NCBI GenBank assembly: GCA_963663405.2
Contig: CAXXSM010000085.1
Location: 1-47,481, forward strand
DNA: 47,481 bases
Reading direction: 5' to 3'
From: a bacterium
Lineage (GTDB): Bacteria > Hinthialibacterota > Hinthialibacteria > Hinthialibacterales > Hinthialibacteraceae
Below are positions 20,449-30,451 of the stretch, in pieces (position 1 is the stretch's first letter; the number at the start of each line of letters is the position of its first letter). The position numbers and the translations under genes were made by a program. Below the pieces are notes generated by a model that was not told the DNA's origin, did no database searches, and saw only the letters and a program-made list of their open reading frames with translations.

Positions 20449-20527
20449 GTGATGATAATTGCTATTCGGTACGTCAATCAATCCATATTTTTTTTTCAAT
20501 TTGTAACTAAATAGAAAGGGCCGAAGA

Positions 20528-23500
20528 ATGGTGAATTTAAAAGTTCTTTATAATCGAATGATGAATTCCAGGCTTTCTATGGGGCTCACGTGTATATTTT
20601 TGTTACTGGCTCTATGTAAAATCGTGCAGGCGCAGAACGCAATTCTTTTAGGCGATCTTAACCATGATGGTGTCATTGATACACGGGACGCATTGATGAT
20701 CATGCGTGCTGTGGAAGGGCTCGATACATTGACAAATGAGGATTTCGAAACCGCGGACGTGTATCCTATTCCGGGTTTAAATGGGCGCGCTGTTGGAGAT
20801 GGCAGCGTGACGGAAGATGATGTGCTGCGGATTCTCTATCAGGCGGCTGGTCTGCTTCCTACGGGGGAATTGACCGGTGATTATTCGGATTCATCCCCCA
20901 CGATCTCCGATTTCGAACCTCAGAGCGGTTCGGCGGGAACTGAGGTGACTATCATTGGGAGTAATTTTGTCAGTAGTACGCCGGGTGAAAACGCGGTGTT
21001 TTTTGGAGATGTGGAAGCGGAGATTATTCGTATTACAGGAACAGAGATCACTGTCTTGGTTCCCGATGGCGTACATTCGGGGCAGATTATCATTCGCACG
21101 CCGGGTGGAACCACTGTCAGCGGGGCGGATTTTGACGCGGTTGAATTGCGCGAGGGCGTATTGAACGTAGGAACCGTCTTTGATCCACAGGATTTCACGG
21201 TCGTGAGTAAGTATGGTGAGACGGACATTCAAGACGCGAACGGCGGTTTCTCCATTCCCGTGGCGATCGATAAGATCACAATTGTTGGAGCGGTTCCCAA
21301 GGGGGAGGAAGAAAATTCTTTTCTTCTTATCCATATCCCAGAAGAAGAAGAGACCGAACCGGAATCGATTGTAATCGATGAACATACGACAGCGGTGGCG
21401 GTAACTTACTTCAATCCTTTTTTTATTACGGATAATCTGTTCGCGGCGCGGATGTTGATGGAGACGATGGAGACGGTTCCTGAAGTGCAGGCGCTGGCGG
21501 ATGTGATCGCGGCGCGGTATCCACAGACGCCGGAAGCATTGGATGACGAGGAGGTCGAGGCGGCGTTGATACAAGCGGTCAACGCGGTGATGGAGGCTCT
21601 TCCGGAAGAGTATACGATTGATCTCGATACGGTGGATTTTTATGCGAAAACCAGAACTCCCGCCCGGTATGATTCGGATGATTTTCGCACGGCGAAACAA
21701 ACCTGGTCCCCTTCAACTCTCGATCGATGGTCGCAGCTGAAGAATCCGTCCGCTTCAATGTATGGAGGTGGGGGAGATACTGTGGCTGTTAAGACCGATA
21801 GTTTGGATTTGGATTATATAAAGCTTAAGTATGATAGGGCGAGTCATTCCATTTTTCCAAAACGGTCTCTGAATTATAGTCCTCTCGATTGGCTGGTGGC
21901 GCTCTACAAGGTTGATCCCGTCAGTATGCCGAAAGGGATAGGGGAATCGTATTTTACCTTGAAGAAAAGACGCGTTCGGCTGACGGGATATGAAAAATCA
22001 GGTGTTGTTGAAGCGAATCTGTGGACCGCCAAAATAGATGTTTTAGGGCAGGTATTGAAATTGGCGATTGATGGGATCCAGGGATTTCTCGGACTCGCCA
22101 GTAAACAAGGGATCGCTTTGCAGGGCAAGGAAGATTCAATTTACATGCTGCGCGCCTACAGTGGCGTGTTTTGGGATCACCTAAAATTGACGGGTGATGA
22201 CAAAGACGCCATTCCCGCTTTCCGGGATGGGCCTCGGCTTCATAATTACGCCGTCGCGATGAACGTGGTTCTCGTGCTGGTCGATGTCTGGGCCATCGTT
22301 TCCGAGAAAGAAGGAATGGTTCGTGACGCGATGAAAAAGGGATTGCGGGAAGCGTATAAAGTCATGACCCGTGAATATGGGGAAACCGGTATCCAAGGGA
22401 ATTCAAATACAAAAGACATTTTAAAAATCGTGGTGAAAGTCGTGGTTTCGGCGAGTAAAAAAATGGCCGACGCATTCGCTCGTGAAGGACTGAAGGCCGC
22501 GTCAAAAAAAATGAGTGGGGTTTTGCAGAAAATTCTTGGGAAAGCTGTGCCCATCTTGGGCATATTAAAAAAGATCTCCAAAGTGGGGAAAGTGGGCGAA
22601 CGTATTCTTGGTATGACAGGTTATGTCTTTTATCTCGACTATTACTTCGATCTTCCTATAGGGATTCCTCGGTATAACGTTGCGCGGGGACCCACGCCCT
22701 TGGAAGTGGGTATTGTCATGGTCGGTGATCCCTTCATACCGGTCATTGAGTCGATATCTCCAACGACGGGGGGGTATGGAACGGTCGTTACAATCAATGG
22801 CAGGAATTTTGCGGTGAACGCCAAGGATAATGTCGTGAAATTTAATGATATTAAAGCGGAAGTGTTGTCATCGGATAATCAGGTAATCCTCAAGGTCCGG
22901 GTTCCTGATGGTTTGCCGCGGGGCCGCGCGTCAATCACCGTGGATACTCCAGCTTCCATGAAATTAGGACGTAACAATGATTTTAATGTCGATCCGGCGC
23001 CTGTTATTGAAAGTGTTTCTCCTCTCGCTGGATACGGCCCATCAGGGAACGCGCCCGGGGAACCATTTGCGGGGAATCTTGGTATGGAAGTGACGCTGAT
23101 TGGTTATAATATGCGGCCAATTGGAACGGAAGAAGAATATAAAGTTTTCTTTGGAGATACGGAAGCGGAAATCGTCAGTCAATCCGCTGATAAAGTCGTC
23201 GTTCGGATTCCAAAAACCACGGCTGGCGCCAAAGACCTCTTCATTCGCCGGAACAGTGATGGCAGGGAGAGCAAGCATTTTCAATTTACGATATGGGGGC
23301 GGCCTGTTGTGGACAGTATATCGTCCCGAAATGTGATGGCGGGAGAACTCATTGTTGTTAAAGGCGCGAATTTTACTGACGCCCGTGTGCAGATCGGCGA
23401 TACATTCGCGTCCATTCAACCGTCAGTGGCGGAAGACGAGTTGCATATCATCATGCCAAACATTGGGGAGGAAGGAGATTCGTTCCCATTGAAGATATGG

Positions 23501-26500
23501 AATCAAGCGAATCAGACCACTTCCGGCACAATTACGAGAAAGGCGGGAGTGAAGGTTCCAGAATTAACTGCGTTGCCAAGAGGGATGGAGATACCCGTCC
23601 AAACCAATAGTTCGACGGTCAAACCAGATGGGATAATCTCCCTGGCTGAAGCCGTGGCTTTCGCCAATGGATCAAGCAATCCATTCGAAATCGGCCAATG
23701 GGATAACGCGAATGAGAAATGGACTCTTACATATAATCAGATTAAGTTGCCCGCATTGGATGAAGATGGAAATTATGTGAGGGATGAAGAAGGCAATATA
23801 AGTTATTATTATGAGTGGGTTCAGAGCGCGACGCAAAAAGAAGTGTTGGACATTAATAATGGCGGCGCTCATGAAACGCGTGAGGTTTATCATAAGAATA
23901 AATACCACTCAGACATTATGAATGGCACAACAATCACTCAGCTGTCATATATTATGGATATCGATGCACAGCAACAACAGGAAGGGGACTTTGTTAATTT
24001 TATCGCGGACGCCGATTTTAATTATAAAACTTTTAATGGTGGACTTTACGCGGACCGGATTTATCCAGCCACAGACATGAAAGTGTTTAAACTGACGTCG
24101 CTGCAGCTGGGTGAACAGGATACGCTTGCCTTTTCCGGCCGGACGATTGAACTCGAGGGGAGTTTAATCGCGCGAGATAGATGCATGGTCGAAGCCGATA
24201 CGATTCGGCCGAAGCAATCGATACTGATCGAACAGGCGAATCGTGTGATTATCTATTCCGGCACAATTGAGGGCGCCAATTCGGATGGAGTGAAGATTCG
24301 CAGCGGATATGGGAATACCATTTACAGTAAGATTCAACAATGCGGCGGCGAGGGTGTTTCCATCCAGTATGGGGGAAAGAATAATATCGATACGAAAATC
24401 ATATCATGCGGCGGTCATGGTGTGGAAATTACCAACAGCGATCAGAACGATATTGTTGTGAATGCGACGTCCTGTACGGGATCAGGTATATCTATCGATA
24501 GTGGAGACTCCAACCAAATTACTCTGAACGCCAATCAATGCGGCGGTGATGGGATTACAATTTTAAAAGCGAAACTGAATCACGTGACCATTGGAGAGAT
24601 CCGAAGTTGTAATGCAGGTGTTTATCTAAATGAATGTGAACAAACCACTCTGAACAATAAAGGCGGTATCATCCGTGATTGCCGCACAAATGGAGTCACA
24701 ATTGAAAAAGGATGGGGCAACTCAATCAACGCGTATCGTTCCTATCGGATTTTCAAAAACAACGATCATGGAATCGAGATTATCAATTCTTCGAAAAACT
24801 ATATCCGGGACGCCCAAATCGCGGGGAATGAATGCGGGATTGTGATTCGTGGAAGCGATAGTTACGAGAATACGATTTCCAGCTGTTATATTGGCCGATT
24901 TGTCGATCCCGATGAATCTGATGGCCCCTATTACAACACGTATTCTACGCTTGGAAATCGTAGTCATGGAATGTATATCTATAGCGGGGCGAATGATAAT
25001 GTTGTGGAATGGATCGAATCGTCCGCCAATCAAGGGCACGGTATTCTTTTAGCAGGATCTGGCGTGACATTCAATGATCTTTACCGCTGCTCGTTTGGGA
25101 CTCCACGAGGCGGCGCGCTTTTCGAGGAAACTATCAATGGAAACAGTGGAGATGGGGTTCGGATTCAACAAGGCGCGTCAGATAACACAGTCGTGGAATG
25201 TTATATACATGGTAATTCTCAAAATGGGATTACTTTGAAAGACAGTGGAACTAGTGATAACTGGATTAATGAATGTGAAATTGGCGTTGATTTCAGTACC
25301 GATTCGCAAGGGAATAAAGTCTTTGCTGCAAATCGCGGGTACGGTATTGAAATCTTGTCCGGCGCGGCATTGAACGATATCGATACGTGTGAGATTGCCG
25401 TGAATGATAAGGGAGGGATTCTTTGTAATGGATTGAATGGATCGTCCGAGTATGAAAATTCAACGCCTCTCATTCATGATTGCGTCCTCGGCTACGAACG
25501 CGATCCCTTATACTTTGGAAAACGCGGCTCACGCGCAATGCAGGCGGCTGCGGGATCCGTTTTTGGGATTCATATCAAAAACAGCCAAAATCTCCTGCTC
25601 GCGCGGAATAAAATCTACTATTTCGACACGGGTTTGGTTCTCTCCGGCTCGACGCGGCAGTTGCGGTTGGAAGAGATTGAAGCACGGAAAAACGATAAAT
25701 TCGGTTTCTATTTAGAAGGAGCGATCGGAATTACATTTACAGACTTTGTCACACGGAATAATACTTTGGATGGCGTTTTCGCGCAGTATTGTTCTGATCT
25801 TCAATTTATCGAGAACGGTCTTACGCAATATAATGGCGGGTCCGGCATGTATTTCGACGCGTGTGACACCGTGACGCTCTCCCAAGTTTCGATGGGATTG
25901 GAGAATGGACAACATGGTCTCTCGATCGATAACTCCAGTGGGTTTACCGTCCAAAAATGTAATAGTTATCAAAACGATGAACATGGTGTCTTGATCGCCA
26001 ATGGATCGTCAAATATTCAGCTGCTGCAAGGCGGATACAGTGACAATGTAGGGATTGGATTGAAAATTGTTGACTCGAGTGATGTTGAACTCGTTGGATA
26101 CTTCTCCATGTTCTTCAATCAAGGGGGTGGAGTGTACATCGAAAATTCAGGGGATATTACGATTGGAAAAGGCAACCAAGGTGGGATTATCGATACCATT
26201 GAGAATCCCTGCCTCGTGATTACCGGTGAAGATACCCAAAACATTTACGTGTATTCCAACACACTTGCGGATTGTGAGGAATTCGCGTGCGTTCAGATTG
26301 ACGGTGGTTCGAATATTTGGATTGGAGGTTGGATACCGGGCTGGGGAAATTATATCGGCTCGAATGAGAATGTTGGCATTCTCGCCGAAGGCGTGGTGAC
26401 TAACTTATATATTATCAACAATATCATTGGAGGATCGGCCGCCGCGCCCGATGGGACGATGACCGGGAATTCTATCGGTGTTTTGTTGCGGAATGGACTC

Positions 26501-28882
26501 TGCGGCGCGACGATCAGTGAAAATATAATTCAATTCAATGAGTCACATGGAATCCATCTTCTCAACAGCGCTTGCAGCAATCTGATTACGACAAATACGA
26601 TTCAACAAAATGGCGATGACGGGATTCGTGTGGAGGGGATCGCGTCGATTTATAACCGAATCACCCGGAATTCCATCACTCGTAATAATGGAAAAGGAAT
26701 CCAGTTGATATCGAGTGGGAATGGTGGTATCGCCGCGCCGGTGATTGATGAGATTTCTTATGGAGGCAAGGGGGCGTCCGGTGTGATTCATCCTGTGCCC
26801 CCCAAAGGTTCTTTGGTTGAATTGTACGCGGATGAAGCGGACGAAGGCCGTTCACTGCTTGGAATTGCGCCTGTTTATGGCAACAACTTTTATGTGAATG
26901 TGGCCATTCCGGTCGGGATGAATCTGCATGCGATTGCGATTCATCCGGATGGGAATACGTCGGAATTCGGGCCGGTCATTCTAGCGGATCAGTACGAAGC
27001 CGGTTTTGTGTTTACATCGGATATGGGGACCGCGCAGGATATCTATCTAAGTGACCCGCGCAGCGATATGCCCATTCAATTAACAGACGATCCCTCTAAT
27101 GATTTTGATCCCCAAGCGGCGGTGAATGGGGATGGATATTTATTTGTTTCGGATCGAAGCGGGAACACGGATTTATGGCTGCAATTGTTTGACTCTTCAG
27201 ATCCCGTTCAACTGACCTCGAATACAGCGCCGGATTACGATCCGGATTGGTTGAGTGAGTTGGGGAAAGCCGTATTCACATCGGAGCGGGATGGGAATCC
27301 TGAAATCTATGTGATGGAGACCGCGGCGGACGCCGGGGAAATTGGTGAGTTGACCCTCACAGAAGGCTCTGAAGCGTTGACTTCCACTGCTGAAACAGCC
27401 GGCGACGCTTATGGAATGCTGCTGAATTCCGGCAATGGGAATATTACAAAACTGATGTTCTACATCGCGCAGGATCCCGCGCCCTTTGAATGGGGGATCT
27501 GGTCTGTTGAGAACGATAATCCTGAAACGGCGCTCTTAACCGGCACAACGACTCCAACCGATATTGGCTGGCATACTGTGGATATCCCACCGCTTGAAGC
27601 GCCGGAATGGTTTATTATCACACTCACATTTTTAGAGGATCAACGTCCCCAGATCGGTGTCTCAACTTCCTCCCAATTCTTGGGGTATTACCGTTTCAGC
27701 GCCGCAGTGGATATGTGGCTGAATATTTTTGATACTCCTATTATGATGAAAGCGTTGGTTGAACCGTTCCCACCTTTACGGGTGACGGATCATTCCGCAG
27801 TGGATCGGTATCCAGCCTGGTCGCCGGATGGAAGTAAGATTGCTTTCGCGTCCGATCGGGGTGGATCGATGGATATCTGGGTGATGAATGCGGATGGAAG
27901 TAATCCCCAGCGGTTGACGGACGGTGAGGGAGAGAATACGAAACCGGCTTGGGCGCCGGATGGCTCCTCAATTGCTTTTGTTTCAACGCGGAGTGGAAAT
28001 CCAGAAATTTACCGAATGGATGTGAATGGAGAAAACGTGGTTCGTTTAACTCAGAATGAAGAAGAGGACACAGATCCTGTGTGGGGCGCCTCAGGGAATT
28101 ATCTTCTCTTCGCGTCGAATCGGGATGTCGGTTATGAAATTTACCTGCAGACACTGGCTGGTTCTAGCGCGAAACGGAAGACCTATACAAACGTGGATTC
28201 CATCCAGCCGGATTGGGCGTCATCGGAATTTCTGCTCCGTGCGGAGGAAGCGCTTTCTACCGCCGAAGAAGAGGAACCGCTTGCGAAGCGGCGGTCCCGC
28301 CCCCTCGCGGATGGGGATATACAACTCGCTGTCTCTGATTCGCAAGCTGGATCCGGTCAAACCGCTGAAGTGTCTTTGAATGTCACGGGCGCGGATCAAC
28401 TAGGCGCCGTCGCGCTGGAATTGGCGTATGATCCAACCATTCTTCGTCTGATCGATTCCCCAACGGTTGGAATCAGCGATCAATCCTTGTATGTGATGAA
28501 TCCGGAACTGTATCCAGACGATCGTGGATTGTTGCGGTTCCATTGGGTGCGCGCGTCGGGATTGAGTGGAGATACGGACGCGTTGAATCTGAAATTTGAG
28601 GTCAAAGAGGAACCGGACGCGTATGAGACGGCGATTCAATTGATCTCCGCCGAAGCCTATGATACAGAAGTCAATCCAGTCAACATCAATGTTATCGATG
28701 GTTTGCTTACGATTACGAAACTGATTCTCGATGTGGATACTTGGATCGATCTGTTTTACCTCGCAAATGAATGGGGGCAGGAAGGAACCGGGTTGAAAGC
28801 GGACTTTAATTTCGATGAGAGGTGTGATGATGAGGATTTGGTGGAATTTATCCGTCTCTGGAAACGTTCGCGGGAGCAATAA
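20528..28882 (+). CDS. Large secreted multidomain surface protein: dockerin, IPT/TIG domains, right-handed beta-helix, PD40 propeller, cohesin, C-terminal dockerin-like
   Basis: Signal peptide; GDLNHDGVIDTRDA...GDGSVTEDDV dockerin; IPT starts PTISDFEPQSG, PVIESISPTTG, PVIESVSP, PVVDSIS; long Gly/Asn/Ile beta-helix region; PAWSPDGSKIAF repeats; cohesin-like GQTAEVSLNV..LAYDPTIL; terminal ADFNFDERCDDEDL..F..W. Confidence 0.85.
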   Translation: MVNLKVLYNRMMNSRLSMGLTCIFLLLALCKIVQAQNAILLGDLNHDGVIDTRDALMIMRAVEGLDTLTNEDFETADVYPIPGLNGRAVGDGSVTEDDVLRILYQAAGLLPTGELTGDYSDSSPTISDFEPQSGSAGTEVTIIGSNFVSSTPGENAVFFGDVEAEIIRITGTEITVLVPDGVHSGQIIIRTPGGTTVSGADFDAVELREGVLNVGTVFDPQDFTVVSKYGETDIQDANGGFSIPVAIDKITIVGAVPKGEEENSFLLIHIPEEEETEPESIVIDEHTTAVAVTYFNPFFITDNLFAARMLMETMETVPEVQALADVIAARYPQTPEALDDEEVEAALIQAVNAVMEALPEEYTIDLDTVDFYAKTRTPARYDSDDFRTAKQTWSPSTLDRWSQLKNPSASMYGGGGDTVAVKTDSLDLDYIKLKYDRASHSIFPKRSLNYSPLDWLVALYKVDPVSMPKGIGESYFTLKKRRVRLTGYEKSGVVEANLWTAKIDVLGQVLKLAIDGIQGFLGLASKQGIALQGKEDSIYMLRAYSGVFWDHLKLTGDDKDAIPAFRDGPRLHNYAVAMNVVLVLVDVWAIVSEKEGMVRDAMKKGLREAYKVMTREYGETGIQGNSNTKDILKIVVKVVVSASKKMADAFAREGLKAASKKMSGVLQKILGKAVPILGILKKISKVGKVGERILGMTGYVFYLDYYFDLPIGIPRYNVARGPTPLEVGIVMVGDPFIPVIESISPTTGGYGTVVTINGRNFAVNAKDNVVKFNDIKAEVLSSDNQVILKVRVPDGLPRGRASITVDTPASMKLGRNNDFNVDPAPVIESVSPLAGYGPSGNAPGEPFAGNLGMEVTLIGYNMRPIGTEEEYKVFFGDTEAEIVSQSADKVVVRIPKTTAGAKDLFIRRNSDGRESKHFQFTIWGRPVVDSISSRNVMAGELIVVKGANFTDARVQIGDTFASIQPSVAEDELHIIMPNIGEEGDSFPLKIWNQANQTTSGTITRKAGVKVPELTALPRGMEIPVQTNSSTVKPDGIISLAEAVAFANGSSNPFEIGQWDNANEKWTLTYNQIKLPALDEDGNYVRDEEGNISYYYEWVQSATQKEVLDINNGGAHETREVYHKNKYHSDIMNGTTITQLSYIMDIDAQQQQEGDFVNFIADADFNYKTFNGGLYADRIYPATDMKVFKLTSLQLGEQDTLAFSGRTIELEGSLIARDRCMVEADTIRPKQSILIEQANRVIIYSGTIEGANSDGVKIRSGYGNTIYSKIQQCGGEGVSIQYGGKNNIDTKIISCGGHGVEITNSDQNDIVVNATSCTGSGISIDSGDSNQITLNANQCGGDGITILKAKLNHVTIGEIRSCNAGVYLNECEQTTLNNKGGIIRDCRTNGVTIEKGWGNSINAYRSYRIFKNNDHGIEIINSSKNYIRDAQIAGNECGIVIRGSDSYENTISSCYIGRFVDPDESDGPYYNTYSTLGNRSHGMYIYSGANDNVVEWIESSANQGHGILLAGSGVTFNDLYRCSFGTPRGGALFEETINGNSGDGVRIQQGASDNTVVECYIHGNSQNGITLKDSGTSDNWINECEIGVDFSTDSQGNKVFAANRGYGIEILSGAALNDIDTCEIAVNDKGGILCNGLNGSSEYENSTPLIHDCVLGYERDPLYFGKRGSRAMQAAAGSVFGIHIKNSQNLLLARNKIYYFDTGLVLSGSTRQLRLEEIEARKNDKFGFYLEGAIGITFTDFVTRNNTLDGVFAQYCSDLQFIENGLTQYNGGSGMYFDACDTVTLSQVSMGLENGQHGLSIDNSSGFTVQKCNSYQNDEHGVLIANGSSNIQLLQGGYSDNVGIGLKIVDSSDVELVGYFSMFFNQGGGVYIENSGDITIGKGNQGGIIDTIENPCLVITGEDTQNIYVYSNTLADCEEFACVQIDGGSNIWIGGWIPGWGNYIGSNENVGILAEGVVTNLYIINNIIGGSAAAPDGTMTGNSIGVLLRNGLCGATISENIIQFNESHGIHLLNSACSNLITTNTIQQNGDDGIRVEGIASIYNRITRNSITRNNGKGIQLISSGNGGIAAPVIDEISYGGKGASGVIHPVPPKGSLVELYADEADEGRSLLGIAPVYGNNFYVNVAIPVGMNLHAIAIHPDGNTSEFGPVILADQYEAGFVFTSDMGTAQDIYLSDPRSDMPIQLTDDPSNDFDPQAAVNGDGYLFVSDRSGNTDLWLQLFDSSDPVQLTSNTAPDYDPDWLSELGKAVFTSERDGNPEIYVMETAADAGEIGELTLTEGSEALTSTAETAGDAYGMLLNSGNGNITKLMFYIAQDPAPFEWGIWSVENDNPETALLTGTTTPTDIGWHTVDIPPLEAPEWFIITLTFLEDQRPQIGVSTSSQFLGYYRFSAAVDMWLNIFDTPIMMKALVEPFPPLRVTDHSAVDRYPAWSPDGSKIAFASDRGGSMDIWVMNADGSNPQRLTDGEGENTKPAWAPDGSSIAFVSTRSGNPEIYRMDVNGENVVRLTQNEEEDTDPVWGASGNYLLFASNRDVGYEIYLQTLAGSSAKRKTYTNVDSIQPDWASSEFLLRAEEALSTAEEEEPLAKRRSRPLADGDIQLAVSDSQAGSGQTAEVSLNVTGADQLGAVALELAYDPTILRLIDSPTVGISDQSLYVMNPELYPDDRGLLRFHWVRASGLSGDTDALNLKFEVKEEPDAYETAIQLISAEAYDTEVNPVNINVIDGLLTITKLILDVDTWIDLFYLANEWGQEGTGLKADFNFDERCDDEDLVEFIRLWKRSREQ

Positions 28883-29110
28883 GTGGTTTTAAATTGTATT
28901 TTTTACTTTGAATATGGTATCGGTTTAAAGAACATATTTGATCAAAACGTTACAGGTTATTTTCGGGCATGAACATATTGTGAGATGAATTTCAGATGGA
29001 TCGATTAGAATCCAATGTCTTCCCTGCTTGATTTCTTCAAATCTTTCCCCTTGAAATCCACAAATTTATAAATAAAAAAATTGATTTTTGGATAACTTTT
29101 TATATTTATA

Positions 29111-29119
29111 TGGTATAAT
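29111..29119 (+). promoter_or_regulatory. Candidate extended -10 promoter upstream of the riboswitch
   Basis: TGGTATAAT (TGn-TATAAT) about 75 bp upstream of the aptamer. Confidence 0.35.
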
Positions 29120-29192
29120 ATAAAAATAAATTATAGTAATTTTTTTAATTAATACGATACATAATTATAAAGTTAGTTTTATAAAATAATAG

Positions 29193-29281
29193 ATATTGAG
29201 TAAAAGTCGAACCTGTTGTGAAGCAGGGGCGGAAAGCCACGGATCTCAAGTCGGGAGAAAGCCGGGTTGCCTAAACAATAT
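29193..29281 (+). ncRNA. GEMM-I (c-di-GMP-I class) riboswitch aptamer
   Basis: G-TC-GAA-CCTGTT-GTGA(GNRA loop)-AGCAGG-GGC-GG-AAA-GCC-ACGGATCTC..GAGAAAGCCGGGTTGCC follows the GEMM-I P2/J2-3/P3 layout. Possible P1 extension ATATTG(29193)/CAATAT(29276). Confidence 0.88.
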
Positions 29282-29302
29282 AAGGCGCCCGGATTTTTTT
29301 TT
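29262..29302 (+). terminator. Riboswitch expression-platform terminator
   Basis: CCGGGTTGCCT...AGGCGCCCGG stem followed by A and nine T; its 5' arm is the 3' strand of the aptamer. Confidence 0.85.
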
Positions 29303-29415
29303 GTGTAATATTTTGTTGTATATATTTTTATTGAGGAGGTGTGACAAAAGCTGGTTTTATTTGTTGTTTTATATTAATAAGTATAGTGATTTACTGATTG
29401 AAAGGAAAGAGAAAA

Positions 29416-30378
29416 ATGAGGAAATGTATTAATCTATCCGTAATTGGGATCGTCGCGGCGATGATTGTTATCGCTTCACCTTTGGCTTCCGCAGTTGTTA
29501 TGGTTCCTTTGATTGCGGGTCAATTTATGGATGTTGGATCAGTCACTGTAGATGATGACGGTGAATTTTTGTACGTAAAATTTGTTGTTAACGAAGGAGT
29601 TGAATTAATTGAGACGCACGTATATGTTGGTCAGGGTGAACCAGAATCTTCAGCTCCTGGCCGATTCCCATATAAGAATCAAGGGGATTCTTATAAGATT
29701 CCTTTAGGGGATCTTTCTGGAACGATCTACATCGCGGCGCATGCCGTTGTTGATCTCTCTCAGGTTTGTGTAGATTGCATTCCATTTCATGCCACACTTC
29801 GTGCATACTGCCCGGGCTTTCTCGGTTATTTGGATGTAGAGATCAACGATTCTCCAATGCAGAAGGCGTGGTGTGTTGATACAGATCATTTGATTAATTG
29901 CTACGAAATACAAAAATTATACGGGGATGTGATTGGTTATTCCAGTTACTCGCCTGAAGGCGCAGCTTTGATAGATATTCCTGAGAATATTGGCGCGTTA
30001 AATTACTTACTGAACCACGACGATGGCTATGAGATCAATGATATTCAACGAGCGATTTGGGGACTGATTGACGATTTCCCTGAACAAGGCCTATTGTACG
30101 ATTATTTTGGCGATAATGAATGGAAACCGAATCAGTTTTATCATCCTGATATTGTAAACGCCTTGGTGAATGAAGCATTAGAGAATAATGATTATATACC
30201 CGAATGTGGAGATATTTATGCGGTAGTTGTTAAAATACTCAATGTCGCTGTAGAAAAGCAAATCATTGTTATTGAATGTAATGTTCCCTGCGGAGAAGAG
30301 ACCGCCTGGGGAGATGGCTATCGATTTGGGAAGAAAAAGAACTGGGCGATGTGCTTTGAGTACATTATTGGTCAGTAA
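29416..30378 (+). CDS. Secreted protein with putative Cys-Gln thioester (TED-like) domain
   Basis: ATG at 29416 after AAAGGA; signal peptide ending ASA; WCVD, LNYLLN, IQRAIW and KQIIVIE motifs inside a beta-rich domain (PLIAGQ..PGRFPY..IAAHAVV / ETAWGDG..NWAM.FEY). Confidence 0.75.
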   Translation: MRKCINLSVIGIVAAMIVIASPLASAVVMVPLIAGQFMDVGSVTVDDDGEFLYVKFVVNEGVELIETHVYVGQGEPESSAPGRFPYKNQGDSYKIPLGDLSGTIYIAAHAVVDLSQVCVDCIPFHATLRAYCPGFLGYLDVEINDSPMQKAWCVDTDHLINCYEIQKLYGDVIGYSSYSPEGAALIDIPENIGALNYLLNHDDGYEINDIQRAIWGLIDDFPEQGLLYDYFGDNEWKPNQFYHPDIVNALVNEALENNDYIPECGDIYAVVVKILNVAVEKQIIVIECNVPCGEETAWGDGYRFGKKKNWAMCFEYIIGQ

Positions 30379-30411
30379 ATCTATTATTACCAATATAAAT
30401 CACTAAATTGG

Positions 30412-30449
30412 ATAGGGCGTTATCTACTCATTTCAAGATAACGCCCTAT
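30412..30449. terminator. Bidirectional terminator between convergent genes
   Basis: ATAGGGCGTTATCT-N10-AGATAACGCCCTAT, perfect 14-bp stem. Confidence 0.8.
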
Positions 30450-30451
30450 TA

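Noticed and set aside
20528-28882. True cellulosome scaffoldin
   Set aside because: Only one cohesin and no recognisable cellulase or CBM3 in the window.
29201-29240. Calling the riboswitch cGAMP-specific
   Set aside because: The discriminating position aligns to G (29206), favouring c-di-GMP; specificity cannot be settled without an assay.
29196-29432. 78-aa ORF
   Set aside because: Overlaps the riboswitch and its terminator; no RBS or protein-like features.
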